A DNA stretch of 64,000 nucleotides from Kiritimatiellia bacterium (GCA_018384485.1 JAHBAE010000036.1:649-64648); one strand, 5' to 3'. Counted from the first letter of the stretch, positions 47,766 through 58,599 are shown. The notes: generated by a model from the sequence alone, not told the origin. Made by a program: numbers and translations.

Positions 47766-49129
47766 TTCTTAAACGAATGTACGGGAGCCGGAATGCGCCC
47801 GGTGCGTGCAATCATATTCTCGCAAGAGAAGGCGGAGACTTTCATAACGGGGGCGTACCCGAGAAGGCCGCCGAACTCAACCGTATCCCCCACTTTCTTT
47901 CCGACAACCGGTATCACGCGCACGGCTGTAGTTTTCTGATTTACCATTCCGATCGCCGCTTCATCTGCGATTATGCCTGCAATGGAAGTGGCAGGAGTAT
48001 CTCCCGGAATCGCAATCATATCGAGCCCCACGGAGCAGACGCATGTCATCGCTTCAAGTTTCTCGATCGTCAAGGCTCCTGCGTTTACTGCGTCAATCAT
48101 CCCCTGGTCTTCCGAGACGGGAATGAAAGCGCCGGAAAGCCCGCCGACATAACTTGACGCCATAACGCCGCCCTTCTTAATCTGGTCGTTAAGAAGCGCG
48201 AGCGCCGCAGTCGTGCCGGGCGCGCCGGGATGCTCAAGCCCGATTTCCTTGAGAATATCTGCAACCGAATCACCCACGGCGGGCGTAGGCGCAAGCGAAA
48301 GATCGATAATCCCGAACGGAACTGAAAGGCGGGCGGCGGCTTCCTGCGCCACAAGCTGACCTACGCGCGTAATCTTGAACGCCGTGCGCTTAATGGTTTC
48401 GCAAAGAGTTTCGAAATCGGCTCCGCGGCAGGACGAGGCGAGAACGCGGTGGACGACGCCCGGACCGGAAACGCCCACATGGACTACGGCATCACCCTCG
48501 GTGACTCCGTGAAATGCGCCAGCCATAAAAGGATTGTCGTCTGGAGCATTGCAGAAAACGACAAGCTTCGCGCAACCGATCGAATCGCGCTCGCGCGTAA
48601 GGTAGGCCGCTTCCTTGATCGTCTCGCCCATAAGCCGGACGGCATCCATGTCGATGCCTGTTTTCGTGGAGCCGACATTGACCGACGAGCAGAGCCTCTC
48701 CGTCTTTGCGAGCGCTTCAGGAATCGAGCGGATGAGTAGCTCATCCGCAGATGTCATCCCTTTCGAAACGATGGCGGAATACCCGCCGATAAAATTCACC
48801 CCAAGCTTGCGGGCCGTGCGGTCGAGCGTTTTTGCGATGCGCACAAAATCGCTTTTTTTGCGGCAGCACGTGGCGCCTACGAGAGCGATGGGAGTAACGG
48901 AAATTCTTTTGTTTACTACCGGCACTCCAAACTCGCGGCCCACATCGTCGCCTACCTTGACGAGATTGCCGGCAAGGCGGGTGATTTTCTTTTCTATATT
49001 CAAGCACGTTTTCTCAAGCGACGAATCGGCGCAATCGAGAAGCGAGATGCCCATCGTAACAGTTCTGACATCGAGGTTTTCCTCGAGTATCATTCTGTTC
49101 GTTTCAATAACTTCGCTGAGGTTTATCAT
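47762..49129 (-). CDS. UPF0210 / DUF711 'PFL-family' protein
   Basis: 455 aa. Characteristic N-terminus [33 protein letters not shown]. Partnered with the downstream ACT protein. Confidence 0.85.
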   Translation of the reverse strand: MINLSEVIETNRMILEENLDVRTVTMGISLLDCADSSLEKTCLNIEKKITRLAGNLVKVGDDVGREFGVPVVNKRISVTPIALVGATCCRKKSDFVRIAKTLDRTARKLGVNFIGGYSAIVSKGMTSADELLIRSIPEALAKTERLCSSVNVGSTKTGIDMDAVRLMGETIKEAAYLTRERDSIGCAKLVVFCNAPDDNPFMAGAFHGVTEGDAVVHVGVSGPGVVHRVLASSCRGADFETLCETIKRTAFKITRVGQLVAQEAAARLSVPFGIIDLSLAPTPAVGDSVADILKEIGLEHPGAPGTTAALALLNDQIKKGGVMASSYVGGLSGAFIPVSEDQGMIDAVNAGALTIEKLEAMTCVCSVGLDMIAIPGDTPATSIAGIIADEAAIGMVNQKTTAVRVIPVVGKKVGDTVEFGGLLGYAPVMKVSAFSCENMIARTGRIPAPVHSFKN

Positions 49130-49140
49130 TTTTCAAAATC

Positions 49141-49413
49141 TCACACGCGGTGCATCTTTTCGAAAATCTCCGACTTCTGGCAACGTATCTCAACGCCTTT
49201 GTCGCTTCCGATGCGGGAAAGGTCGGCACAAAGTTTGTCAAAAGTCTTTGCCGAGGAAGAACCGTCGACAACCATCATCATGTTGAAATACCCGCTGACG
49301 ACCGTCTGGGAAATATCAAGGATGTTCACCTTATTCTTGGCGAGATACGAGCTGACGCTCGCGATGATTCCCACCGCATCCACACCTACAACAGTTATTA
49401 TGATTTTGTTCAT
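49141..49413 (-). CDS. ACT-domain protein UPF0237 (partner of UPF0210)
   Basis: 90 aa. MNKIIITVVGVDAVGIIASVSSYLAKNKVNILDISQTV, typical of UPF0237. Confidence 0.85.
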   Translation of the reverse strand: MNKIIITVVGVDAVGIIASVSSYLAKNKVNILDISQTVVSGYFNMMMVVDGSSSAKTFDKLCADLSRIGSDKGVEIRCQKSEIFEKMHRV

Positions 49414-49420
49414 TTTCTTA

Positions 49421-50857
49421 TCACCTGAATGTTACATAAAACGCCGCAGAATACTTATCGGGCTTGGTTAACGTAAGTTCACCGTCTTCAAAAGTGGCCT
49501 CGCACGGGAAATTGTCGCGTGTGTGGTCAAGCGCGATTGCGCGCACCCTCGCGCCTTTTTTGACGCCGGAAACCTTGATTTTGACAATCTGATCGGTATT
49601 GCGGAAATCAACAAGCAAGAGCGCCTTGCTCTCATCGGCCGCCTTCACCGCAAGCGCGTAGTAGTTGCGCTTGAAGACTTCAGAGCCGCAGATCTTTGAA
49701 TAGTTGTTTACGATCTCTCCGAAGAGGCGGCAGGCATAATAGTTCTTGTTGAACTGACGAGTGCTGTTCATATACCCCCAGTGTCCGACGTGGCTGCAAC
49801 CGTAGTAAAACGCCTGGTCGTACTTTGAAGTCTGGAAAAGCGAAAGCGTCGCAAGCGTGAACGCGGCAGAATCGATGTTGTTGTGCCCCGTGGGCCCTTC
49901 CTGGCAAAGAGCCGAAACGGCAGGGTTCGCGCTTCTCAAATCTTGCCAGCGGCAACCCATATAATGCCACTCGTTGATTATAAGCTCACACTTGGGAAAT
50001 CCCGCATCGTCACAAATCTTGCGAGCCTTGTCGGCGGCGTCCACAACCTCGCTTGGGTTGTCGCCGTAATAATGCCAGCTGATGAAATCAGGCGCGACGC
50101 CTAATTTTTTGCATGCGGCAAAAAGTTCCTTGAAGTACGGTTCGTTCATGGAGCAGAGCGCAGGCCCGCCGACTTTGATTTCATCGCCGAACTCACCTTT
50201 GAGCCGCTTGATGCAAAGCGCGTAAAACTCGCAGAACTTCGCGCGGCGGATTTTGTCGTTCTCCTCCGTGTCGCCACCAGGCATCACCCACATGTTGTTC
50301 CATCCGTCCGGCTCATTCCAGATTTCCCAATACTTGATGCCCCACTTCTTTCCGTCTTTACCCCAGCCTCTGTTGTAGTGGCGGACGATGCCGGCGAAAA
50401 CGTCTGCGACCTTATTAAAGTCTTCAGGAACTGCGGCGTTGAAGTGAACCTTCGGCCCTGTGTGTTCAATTGAAGTTCCGAGCCTGTAAAAAATATCAAG
50501 CCCCGTCTCGCGCGTGAGACCGAGAAGATGATCTGTCGGAGCGAACACGTAATTTTTAGGATCGTTCGCGTCGAGGTGCATGAGAGGGAAAATAAAATGA
50601 GTATCAACGACTCTCTGCCCGGTGTTGACTAACGCCCAGTCGTGAGTTCTCGCAGATTTAAAACCCATCGACTTAACAATCTCAACATCAGGATTCACCC
50701 CTTGCGACATTGCCGTCATGCGCGGAGTCCATCCCGACGAATGAAGTTCAGGGCGAACATCCCCTTTCACTCGCGTAAAATCAACGCTCGCGACATGCGC
50801 CTGAAGCGAAGCGGCTGCCGCCACAAATGCACAACTTACTATCACTTTATACTTCAT
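49421..50857 (-). CDS. Secreted glycoside hydrolase, clan GH-A (GH39/GH5-like)
   Basis: 478 aa. Signal peptide. Putative acid/base motif YWEIWNEPD and nucleophile motif ELIINEWHY, spaced as in clan GH-A (beta/alpha)8 hydrolases. Confidence 0.55.
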   Translation of the reverse strand: MKYKVIVSCAFVAAAASLQAHVASVDFTRVKGDVRPELHSSGWTPRMTAMSQGVNPDVEIVKSMGFKSARTHDWALVNTGQRVVDTHFIFPLMHLDANDPKNYVFAPTDHLLGLTRETGLDIFYRLGTSIEHTGPKVHFNAAVPEDFNKVADVFAGIVRHYNRGWGKDGKKWGIKYWEIWNEPDGWNNMWVMPGGDTEENDKIRRAKFCEFYALCIKRLKGEFGDEIKVGGPALCSMNEPYFKELFAACKKLGVAPDFISWHYYGDNPSEVVDAADKARKICDDAGFPKCELIINEWHYMGCRWQDLRSANPAVSALCQEGPTGHNNIDSAAFTLATLSLFQTSKYDQAFYYGCSHVGHWGYMNSTRQFNKNYYACRLFGEIVNNYSKICGSEVFKRNYYALAVKAADESKALLLVDFRNTDQIVKIKVSGVKKGARVRAIALDHTRDNFPCEATFEDGELTLTKPDKYSAAFYVTFR

Positions 50858-50890
50858 AATTATTTTACCACTTTTTGTTTTTAAACTTTT

Positions 50891-51829
50891 TTACTCGCTC
50901 TCTCCCTCTTCTTCTTCGAGCTGAGCGACAAGGCGATAACCGTCTGTCTCGTATGCGCAATCGTCACCCCTGCAAAGGTGTGCGGTAAGAGCATCCTCTT
51001 TCAAGCCTCGAGCAGGAGGCGCCATCAACCTCTCGATATGACCATCGGCAAACGCGACATGACCATAGTAACGATTCCTCGAATCCTTATGGACAAAACC
51101 AATTGCCTCTGTGCGGCTCTTGATAGAAGGATTGCCGTACTGCGTTCCACCTATCTTCATATTGACCTCAAGCGCACAGTCGCAAGTCTCCTTCTGCGCA
51201 AGAGGATCGTACTGGCAGCTTTCTCTGATGGGAATCTCCGCAAACATAATCATACGGTCAGCTCGGTTGTACTCCCCGAACTTAACAAGAAGCGGAAGGC
51301 TCTCATGCCATGACTGGTAGTCAAAAGAATCAGTAGCGCAAAAACCGTACTCATAGCTTTTCCCTGCGTTCATTGCATAAGAGAAAAGCGGCTGCCTACC
51401 CTTCTTCTCGATAAAATTCTTTGTAAACGTCGGGCAGCGGTACACCTCTGTGTTTGCTCCGGCCGCCTTCCAGAATGCGCCACTGCTGCCGTTCGTGAGC
51501 GCGTACATATCATCATCAGTGCTACCCGTGCCGTAGCAGGGGACGACATTCTTCGACCTGTCAAAACTTATCCACGCAGGCATAGGCCAGTCAACATCAT
51601 TACCATCATTATCATAACTTATGCGATAACAAGTACCAGCAGTAGGATACTTACCTGCAGACATAGCGATTGAATTTGCCGCATTGCAGAGCGAGCGCAT
51701 ATTGCTCATGCATTTCGTGGCGTTCGCCGATTCCGACGCTCCCGAAAAATTCGCGATAAGTATGGCAAGAAGTATGCCGATGATCCCTATGACCACGAGC
51801 ATTTCAATGAGAGTGAAGGCTTTTTTCAT
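50891..51829 (-). CDS. Prepilin-type N-terminal cleavage/methylation protein of the DUF1559 family (C-terminal H-X9-DG motif)
   Basis: 312 aa. MKKAFTLIEMLVVIGIIGILLAIL class III signal. C-terminal ...YGHVAFADGHIERL (H-X9-DG). Confidence 0.85.
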   Translation of the reverse strand: MKKAFTLIEMLVVIGIIGILLAILIANFSGASESANATKCMSNMRSLCNAANSIAMSAGKYPTAGTCYRISYDNDGNDVDWPMPAWISFDRSKNVVPCYGTGSTDDDMYALTNGSSGAFWKAAGANTEVYRCPTFTKNFIEKKGRQPLFSYAMNAGKSYEYGFCATDSFDYQSWHESLPLLVKFGEYNRADRMIMFAEIPIRESCQYDPLAQKETCDCALEVNMKIGGTQYGNPSIKSRTEAIGFVHKDSRNRYYGHVAFADGHIERLMAPPARGLKEDALTAHLCRGDDCAYETDGYRLVAQLEEEEGESE

Positions 51830-51834
51830 TTGCG

Positions 51835-54800
51835 TTAATCTATTTGATGATAGAAGAGAATGCGAGTGCGGTGAGGGCCCGAATGCTCAAACATCTCGCG
51901 CCACTGGTTGGGGCGCGTAAGCTGATTACGCGCCTTGCGCTGGTCGCGATTTTTGAGAGGCGGAAGCGGGTCGCGCCACACGAGAGCCACTCCTCTTGCT
52001 CCAAGCTGCGTTGCGGCAAGAGAGCCAAATCCCATGCCGCCCACGGTGAGTGGTTCGGCTCTGATAAACACAAGAAAGAGTTGCTGACGGTTTTGGAAGC
52101 AGTCGCGCCAAAACGCATGGAGGAACTTTCTGTCAACTCCATAAAGGGGCTCATCGAGAGTTATGCCAAGAAAATCATACTGGTCGTCGCCCTTGCTGCT
52201 ACTCGCCCAGCGAAGATTATCATAGACCCCTTCCCAATTCATATTCTGGCCTGTCTTTGCATTCGAGTCTTTCGCCGCATTTATGAACGAGCGCCTAAGT
52301 CCTTCTGCGATTCCTGAAAAGCCTTCAATGTACCCGGCCGAATTGCTGTTTTTCCTATTTCCCGTAAATACGTAATTCTTCGCGTCGGAAGGAGTTGCCT
52401 CATCTGGTTTTGAGTAAAGAGTGTTAAGGTCGTTCGTGCTCGCCGCAAAGAAATCAAAAGGCGTACTCTCTACAACCGCCGCCATAATACGAGGATCTTG
52501 CGAGTAGGGATTTGCGCGGAAGTCATTCTGCCCAGCCGTAATTTCACATTCAACGCCATCATTAGCGCGCGTCCCACCTTCTCTTAACGAGTAAATCCCA
52601 TCTACTCCGTCTCCGTTGTTGTACGTGGCGTAAGTCATCCAGTAGAATTCTTCCTGCCCGAGAGACCCCATAGGCGGAGTATTGCCCTTGCGAGAACGGA
52701 AACTGCTTCCATTAAAATCTGAATACGTAATGTAATGGCGGTTTATCTGGTTGCCTGCAGTATCCGCGTCACCAACGCGAGGAATAAAAGCAAGCTCTCC
52801 TATCGACTGGAGATATTCCTGATCGCTCGTGAACATGAAGATATCACGATCGCGCCCTGAAGTGCCCAGAATTGATTTTATTGAATCTAACCAATCAATC
52901 TTTCTGATGTTGGAGTCATTCTCTTTTGCTGCGTACCAATTCTCTGGCGCGAAGTTATACCTTGGGTCTGCAACATAAAGCCTGTTCCATTCCGTGAAAT
53001 CAACATCCTTGCCTTCTGCGAGATCCGCGGCGAGAGCAGTCATATCAAGTTTGATTTTAGTGTCTCCCTCAAATTCAAGTATCGGCGCATTACCATCGCC
53101 ACCGGAGACCGGGTCAATCCATTCCTTAAGTTGCGGAAGGTTTCTATCTCCGTACATTTCATCATCCTCCGGCCGTGCCGGAGCTATGTCGTACGTTTCA
53201 TCGCCATCAAAAAGCCTCACCCAAACAGCAACGTGCGGCACAAATTCCTGCGCGTTAAGCGCTGCATTTAAGCTGCCGCTCTTCGAAGGAAGAGTCGTCC
53301 ACGCCCCGCCGGAGGGTGCCGGCAACTGTGGCGCCGCCTTATCAAGAAGATCTGTCCACCATTTGCAGATTTCTCCATTTTTCTCACGCGGCTGAAAAAG
53401 CTTTGGGTCCGCCTTAAGACCGTCTAAGCTATACCAGCTTTCGGTCCCTCCATTTTGATTGTCAGTTTGTTCGACTATGTAAAAAACGGGCAAATCTGCG
53501 CTGGGATCGCTTGATTCGGCAGATGCGCTAAACTCGCCAAGCGCATCTTCTTGCTGCAATATCTCTTTTGAAAACGAAAGCTCGCCTTTGATAGATGAAG
53601 CGTGTGCCGTAAAAACGCCGTTCTGCCAACCTTGCGGAAGAGAGTTCCACTTTTTCCCCTGAAGTGGCGGATGCACCGCATTGTTTCCCACAATAAGACG
53701 GCTTTGAGCTTCAATCGGCGCAAAGAAAACGCGGAAGAGAGCCTCGCCTGAAAATTGAGTCTTATACCCTGTCTTAACATGAACTCGCTTGAAAGGAAAC
53801 GCTACGACGCCGTTCGCTGAGAGCTCTGGAATTTTTACATCAAGAGTACATTTTTTTACTGTAACCGTATACTGCGGCTTCTTCACCCCGTTTATCATCA
53901 CCATCGGTCCATAATCTCCAGTGGAGACCTCAGTCGTCTTAAACGCAATCTTGATCGGGCAAGTCTGCTTATCGATCCCAAGCGCGCAGACCATCGGGGC
54001 CGTCTCCGTGCAGGGCATACAGTAGGAGAGGGGAATTTGATCTTCATCGAGATAATCGTAAAGACACGCAAGCCCAACGCCTTGAAGCATTTTAAATAAA
54101 GGCGCGCCGATGCCAGGATCGTTTGCCGAATCGAGAGCGTCTTCTGCCGATCTCGCGCCAAAAGTTGTCCACGGCTGATTCTTGCCACCCGCCTCGAGAT
54201 TGTAAAATTTCTTATTTACTTTCCCGATATTATTCGTCGGCGGAAACCACGTATCAGTAATGAAGAGAGCGTTTGATACTGAAAGGTAATCGTCTTTGTT
54301 GTAAATCTGTGTTCCGCTGCTGCCTACATAGTCCATCCACGGTGCGAACGGACAGCCCTTCCCGGCGACGACATTAAAGTCGGCCATTGAAATGAACGAA
54401 TTCGGCGTCTTATTGATAACCTTGTCGAGAACTTGGTCGAGCTGAGCCGCATTGTCCGGGAAAAGCGCCGACATGTTATATCTCTGATTCGACGCGCTCG
54501 TACGCCGCTCGTTTGCGCGAACTTTGTTTATGTCAAAACAGTCAGAAACATCGACAGCGCAGAATGCGTACCGGCCAAGGTCGTAGGACAAGTTCTTCCA
54601 TTTCGCCGTATTCGTCCTGCGCGAAAGAACGCGCACTTCGTTAATTATAGCAGGAGGCAGATACGCAAGAGACTCAAACGTCAATGTGGAGACTGTATAG
54701 TCAGTGTCCGTCTGACCGAAAGGCATAAAGACTCTGTTTATCCAAAGCCCGCCGTTTTCCGAATCTACCTCGTTGAGCGACGGGCCAACTCCAGGGTACA

Positions 54801-55050
54801 AGTCGTCGTAAATTCCTTCCACCTTGTCTCTATCTTCATTGCGCACGCCGTCAATGCGGGAAATCGCGTTGGCAAGCGCCGCCTTAAGAAGCGCACGCGA
54901 CGTCAAAGACCTTCTTAAATAGCTTGAAGGCTTGCGCCCCTCACGCATAAATACGGCAAAGCTCACGGATGAGATTACCATGAACGCAAGCATGCCAAGC
55001 ACGATAAGAAGAGCGGACCCTTTTCTGGAAAGGTTTTTGTTCATCGTCAT
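51835..55050 (-). CDS. Large GspK-like minor pseudopilin (about 1070 aa)
   Basis: After trimming the ORF-track start (55203) to the ATGA-overlapping ATG at 55050, the N-terminus is MTMNKNLSRKGSALLIVLGMLAFMVISSVSFAVF. GspK-type proteins show this RG-x-ALLIVL hydrophobic helix. The rest is a large beta-rich domain. Confidence 0.55.
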   Translation of the reverse strand: MTMNKNLSRKGSALLIVLGMLAFMVISSVSFAVFMREGRKPSSYLRRSLTSRALLKAALANAISRIDGVRNEDRDKVEGIYDDLYPGVGPSLNEVDSENGGLWINRVFMPFGQTDTDYTVSTLTFESLAYLPPAIINEVRVLSRRTNTAKWKNLSYDLGRYAFCAVDVSDCFDINKVRANERRTSASNQRYNMSALFPDNAAQLDQVLDKVINKTPNSFISMADFNVVAGKGCPFAPWMDYVGSSGTQIYNKDDYLSVSNALFITDTWFPPTNNIGKVNKKFYNLEAGGKNQPWTTFGARSAEDALDSANDPGIGAPLFKMLQGVGLACLYDYLDEDQIPLSYCMPCTETAPMVCALGIDKQTCPIKIAFKTTEVSTGDYGPMVMINGVKKPQYTVTVKKCTLDVKIPELSANGVVAFPFKRVHVKTGYKTQFSGEALFRVFFAPIEAQSRLIVGNNAVHPPLQGKKWNSLPQGWQNGVFTAHASSIKGELSFSKEILQQEDALGEFSASAESSDPSADLPVFYIVEQTDNQNGGTESWYSLDGLKADPKLFQPREKNGEICKWWTDLLDKAAPQLPAPSGGAWTTLPSKSGSLNAALNAQEFVPHVAVWVRLFDGDETYDIAPARPEDDEMYGDRNLPQLKEWIDPVSGGDGNAPILEFEGDTKIKLDMTALAADLAEGKDVDFTEWNRLYVADPRYNFAPENWYAAKENDSNIRKIDWLDSIKSILGTSGRDRDIFMFTSDQEYLQSIGELAFIPRVGDADTAGNQINRHYITYSDFNGSSFRSRKGNTPPMGSLGQEEFYWMTYATYNNGDGVDGIYSLREGGTRANDGVECEITAGQNDFRANPYSQDPRIMAAVVESTPFDFFAASTNDLNTLYSKPDEATPSDAKNYVFTGNRKNSNSAGYIEGFSGIAEGLRRSFINAAKDSNAKTGQNMNWEGVYDNLRWASSSKGDDQYDFLGITLDEPLYGVDRKFLHAFWRDCFQNRQQLFLVFIRAEPLTVGGMGFGSLAATQLGARGVALVWRDPLPPLKNRDQRKARNQLTRPNQWREMFEHSGPHRTRILFYHQID

Positions 55051-55538
55051 TTCCTTTCCGGTATTGCGCGCTCCTGTGGCTGGAGCCTGAAGAAGTTCGG
55101 GAAGAATACGCCTGTTGAATACGACGCTTGAGACCCGGCCGTCCCGTCTCCGGAATTGAGCGTCGCCGTTTTCTCGATAATGTATTCGTACGCCTTGCCC
55201 CACGGGTCTTTGATTTTGCCGCCCGAGGTAATGGAGGCGGAATAGAGAACTGGAATTTTCTCTCCGCTCTCGCCAGTCTCGCCGCCGAGAATCATCGACA
55301 TCGCGCTTTCAGAGCATTCCTTCCAGCCGCCCGTAGAGTAGCCGTCCAGCGAGCGGTTTTTAGCATACTGTTCAAATGCGATTATCGCGTTCGTAATTTC
55401 CTTTATCTCCTGCGTTGCTTTCGTGATCTTCGCACGCTTGCGCGCGAGATTCGTACTGATGCCGACTGAACCCATAAGGATTGCCAGCATAGCCAGGACT
55501 ACGAGAAGTTCAATCAATGTGAAGGCCCGCCTTTTCAT
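55047..55538 (-). CDS. gspG: Type II secretion major pseudopilin GspG-like
   Basis: 163 aa. MKRRAFTLIELLVVLAMLAILM and C-terminal KDPWGKAYEY (GspG DPWGNPY motif). Confidence 0.75.
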   Translation of the reverse strand: MKRRAFTLIELLVVLAMLAILMGSVGISTNLARKRAKITKATQEIKEITNAIIAFEQYAKNRSLDGYSTGGWKECSESAMSMILGGETGESGEKIPVLYSASITSGGKIKDPWGKAYEYIIEKTATLNSGDGTAGSQASYSTGVFFPNFFRLQPQERAIPERK

Positions 55539-55540
55539 GA

Positions 55541-56020
55541 TTACGGATCCTCCGGATAAGTTGTTATATCATCGACGTTGCCGAAGATGCCGTCAGGGCC
55601 CGCACTGCGCACGCCCACAGTAAAGAGAGATACTGAAGCGCCGCTTCCCGCAGATCTTACATTCTGCCTCTTTCCCGTCTTTGCGTCTGAATAAGAGACG
55701 CTCTCCGTAACAGCTTCAAAAGCGCGGTCCGTTCTTAAAACACCGTCCTTCCAAAGCGAGGCGACGCGAAAGCCCGTATCCTCCTCCGTGACAAGCCCGG
55801 GGAGAATATTATCGTAGACATCGCATTTCTTTCCAATGTCGCTGCGCGTTTCATTTAAATTTACAACTCCCGCTACTCCGATGCGCCATGCAACAGAAGA
55901 CTGGTTGAATACCATCGTAAGAGCCGTAATAAGCATGGAGAGCAGCAAGCACGCGACAAGAAGCTCAACAAGCGTAAAACCCTTGCTGGACTTTTTGATT
56001 ATGTTTGCAGATTTTTTCAC
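55541..56020 (-). CDS. Pseudopilin (prepilin-type N-terminal methylation domain)
   Basis: 159 aa. ...SKGFTLVELLVACLLLSMLITAL. Confidence 0.75.
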   Translation of the reverse strand: MKKSANIIKKSSKGFTLVELLVACLLLSMLITALTMVFNQSSVAWRIGVAGVVNLNETRSDIGKKCDVYDNILPGLVTEEDTGFRVASLWKDGVLRTDRAFEAVTESVSYSDAKTGKRQNVRSAGSGASVSLFTVGVRSAGPDGIFGNVDDITTYPEDP

Positions 56021-56607
56021 TTTTCGCTATCTCCCTGAAAACGAATTTCCGCCACATAAGTCGGCTGTGAGAAAAGGCTGTCTCTGCGCCTTGAACAGCG
56101 GAAGGAAAGCTGAATGATTGTTCCCCTCCGCGTCACGACGAGCGCGTAATGGAAATCGTTCGGGATGGAAGGTTTTGAGCCTTTGTACGGAGAAACAGTC
56201 TGCGCATTCGTCCTCCCCCACACGTCATCGGCAGTCGCTCGCGGATTGCTCCTCACTCTAAAACGCACCTGCTCTCTGTCGGGAATGTTATCAATGTATT
56301 CCGCCCATCCTCTTGCGGGCCAGACGCCATCGGCAACATCATGGCTCGACATCGTAGAAGAAGAAGGCTCTTCTCCTATCTGCACCCATGCCGACCATGG
56401 CATATTGGTGGCGGAAAGCCCCTGCACGAGTGGAGCTAAATAAGTTTCCGCATACGAAACGCCTGCAACGTCTTCAACGCTCTGACGGTTCTCGCGGAAA
56501 CCGAGCGAATAAAGCGCGCACATTGAAAGAACTCCTGTCGCCATGACGAACACGGCGAGGTTCACTTCAAGAAGCGTGAAAGCTTTCTTATACGCCCTTT
56601 GAGACAT
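56017..56607 (-). CDS. Pseudopilin (prepilin-type N-terminal methylation domain)
   Basis: 196 aa. ...KKAFTLLEVNLAVFVMATGVLSM. Confidence 0.65.
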   Translation of the reverse strand: MSQRAYKKAFTLLEVNLAVFVMATGVLSMCALYSLGFRENRQSVEDVAGVSYAETYLAPLVQGLSATNMPWSAWVQIGEEPSSSTMSSHDVADGVWPARGWAEYIDNIPDREQVRFRVRSNPRATADDVWGRTNAQTVSPYKGSKPSIPNDFHYALVVTRRGTIIQLSFRCSRRRDSLFSQPTYVAEIRFQGDSEK

Positions 56608-57418
56608 CAGCTGTCGCCTCCCCTGCTTTTCTCACCGCTTGCGGATAGCCTTGCGCATTTGGGCGCGTGACGTAAATATCAACCTTGTCGTTTGCATCTT
56701 CATCCGGGTCGAAACAGATTGCCGCAACCTCGGAAATCTGCCCTTCCCTGCGAGGAAGCGCGGACGAGCCGAACACATACCCCTCGGGAAGATCGAGTTC
56801 TGCGAATTCCGCGGCATAGCCGTCGCCTATCTTCCATCCGCCGGAAGGCGAGCGGTCGCTCGTGCCAAGGTCGTAGAACGCGCTCAACAAAATATTCGTG
56901 CGATTGTTAACTCCTCCTGAAAAGGTCGTAACCATCTGCATTTGATCGTCGCAATAAACATCGTCGGCGACTATGGAATATTCCATTTTCTTGCCGACGG
57001 ATCTTTCATCGTTATACTTAAAGAGCCTATGCCCGCGCATTTGCTTAAGATCATTCTCGTCATTCGTCCACGCATACGACTTTTCAAGGTCGGCAAACTC
57101 GTCAAAGAGATAACGGTCGCGAATGTAAGATATGCGGCCGACGCGGCGGATTGCCGTCATTCTGCCGACGACAATACTCGAATCGTCTTGATTCTTGCTT
57201 TCGCGGATGCATACATTGTAGCAATAAACAACTGTCGGCATTCTGTCTATACGCGCACGCTCCTTTGCCCCGCGCATAACTGCAGTTGCCGCGGCGCACG
57301 TTCCACGGTCTTTCATGCCGTTTGTCAGCGCGCCGTAACTTGCGGCGGCGGCAACGCCGAGCATCCCCATGATGGCGACGACGGCGAGAAGTTCAAGTAA
57401 TGTAAAGCCCTTGCGCAT
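56588..57418 (-). CDS. Pseudopilin (prepilin-type N-terminal methylation domain)
   Basis: 276 aa. MRKGFTLLELLAVVAIMGMLG. Confidence 0.75.
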   Translation of the reverse strand: MRKGFTLLELLAVVAIMGMLGVAAAASYGALTNGMKDRGTCAAATAVMRGAKERARIDRMPTVVYCYNVCIRESKNQDDSSIVVGRMTAIRRVGRISYIRDRYLFDEFADLEKSYAWTNDENDLKQMRGHRLFKYNDERSVGKKMEYSIVADDVYCDDQMQMVTTFSGGVNNRTNILLSAFYDLGTSDRSPSGGWKIGDGYAAEFAELDLPEGYVFGSSALPRREGQISEVAAICFDPDEDANDKVDIYVTRPNAQGYPQAVRKAGEATADVSKGV

Positions 57419-57425
57419 ATCTACT

Positions 57426-57968
57426 TTACTCAGTTGACGTTAGCCCTACGGTTACGGAATCCGTCCGGCAGTTATACTTTATGGTAAACCGCATAAACCT
57501 TCCGCTGTTTGAATCTTGATACCCGAACGCCATCTGAGAGAGGGGGATTTTCCTCTTTGCGCCCTTGGCGGTTGCAGCCGAAAAGTCAATGCCGTATGCT
57601 CTTCCTGAATCGGCGGACCCTGCCTCGCAAACGAAAAGCCCAGAAGCGTCGATAAGCATTGATTTAGTTCCGCTGCGCCCGAAACCTTTGCCGACAACTA
57701 TACGGAAAATATCATCCGCCTTAGGCCCTGTAAACTCATACGTGTCCTTGCCGGCAGTATCTACATTCTCGATAGGACCGGGCCACTCACCCTCCTGCGC
57801 ATAATAAGCGTTGATCGCCTGCTCAAGAGCAGTCTGCATAACGACAGCTCTTTTCGTTCTACTTGATTTAATTGTACTTGAAGCTACCGTTGTTACGATT
57901 GTCGCCAAAATGGCGATGATTCCGATTACCACCAAAACTTCAATTATAGTAAACCCTTTGCGCATCAT
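57426..57968 (-). CDS. Pseudopilin (prepilin-type N-terminal methylation domain)
   Basis: 180 aa. MMRKGFTIIEVLVVIGIIAILA. Confidence 0.75.
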   Translation of the reverse strand: MMRKGFTIIEVLVVIGIIAILATIVTTVASSTIKSSRTKRAVVMQTALEQAINAYYAQEGEWPGPIENVDTAGKDTYEFTGPKADDIFRIVVGKGFGRSGTKSMLIDASGLFVCEAGSADSGRAYGIDFSAATAKGAKRKIPLSQMAFGYQDSNSGRFMRFTIKYNCRTDSVTVGLTSTE

Positions 57969-58585
57969 TTTACCTCCTGCCCTTTCGTCCAGCTGCGGAT
58001 ATCATCTTCCGTTCCTTTCTTGCCGTCCTTGCCGTAGCTCCAGACACAACATAGCGCACGCACTCTTGCAGTTGAACCGCCGTATCCGAAAGAAGTTTCT
58101 GTAATTCCATCGTAGTCGAGATCAACTGCGAAACGAATAATATGGTCGTCAATCGTGCCGCCAGAGGGAAGGCGAGAACTTGATGAAGCACCCGTGCCAT
58201 GACGGCGAATATAATCCATTGCCCACGGCGTCACCACACCGAAGCGATCGTGACCATTGAGGACATAGTTGTATGTGCCGTCAGAACGCTCTTCTTTTTT
58301 GTAGGAAAGTGACATCACTCCCTCTTTCGCAAGAGCTGCCGCAGTGCGAGCATCAAGTTTGCCGTCTCCCGACTGTGCTGATGAAAGGAAAAGGCGCGGC
58401 CAAGCGTCAGTCTTCTGATAAATAGTCTCTATCGCAGTCTTCGTCTGATGCACGAGCTCAGAACATCTAACATTCTGGGCGCGGCCGACAAAACGCCAGT
58501 ATCCAGCTGCAGAAATACCTGTGATAACCGCGATAATTCCTATCACGACGAGAAGCTCAATAAGAGTAAAACCTTTTCTTTCCAT
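57965..58585 (-). CDS. Pseudopilin (prepilin-type N-terminal methylation domain)
   Basis: Start trimmed to MERKGFTLIELLVVIGIIAV (short leader before G|FTLIE). The ORF-track start is at 58603. Confidence 0.7.
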   Translation of the reverse strand: MERKGFTLIELLVVIGIIAVITGISAAGYWRFVGRAQNVRCSELVHQTKTAIETIYQKTDAWPRLFLSSAQSGDGKLDARTAAALAKEGVMSLSYKKEERSDGTYNYVLNGHDRFGVVTPWAMDYIRRHGTGASSSSRLPSGGTIDDHIIRFAVDLDYDGITETSFGYGGSTARVRALCCVWSYGKDGKKGTEDDIRSWTKGQEVK

Positions 58586-58599
58586 TTTTCTCTCTCCTA

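Noticed and set aside
55051-55203. Upstream extensions of the GspK-like (to 55203), panD (to 60223) and tig (to 63365) ORFs
   Set aside because: The extensions overlap upstream genes. The homology-supported starts (55050 ATGA overlap; 60175 MQLQLLKAKLHR; 63320 with AGGAGA RBS) fit the family N-termini.
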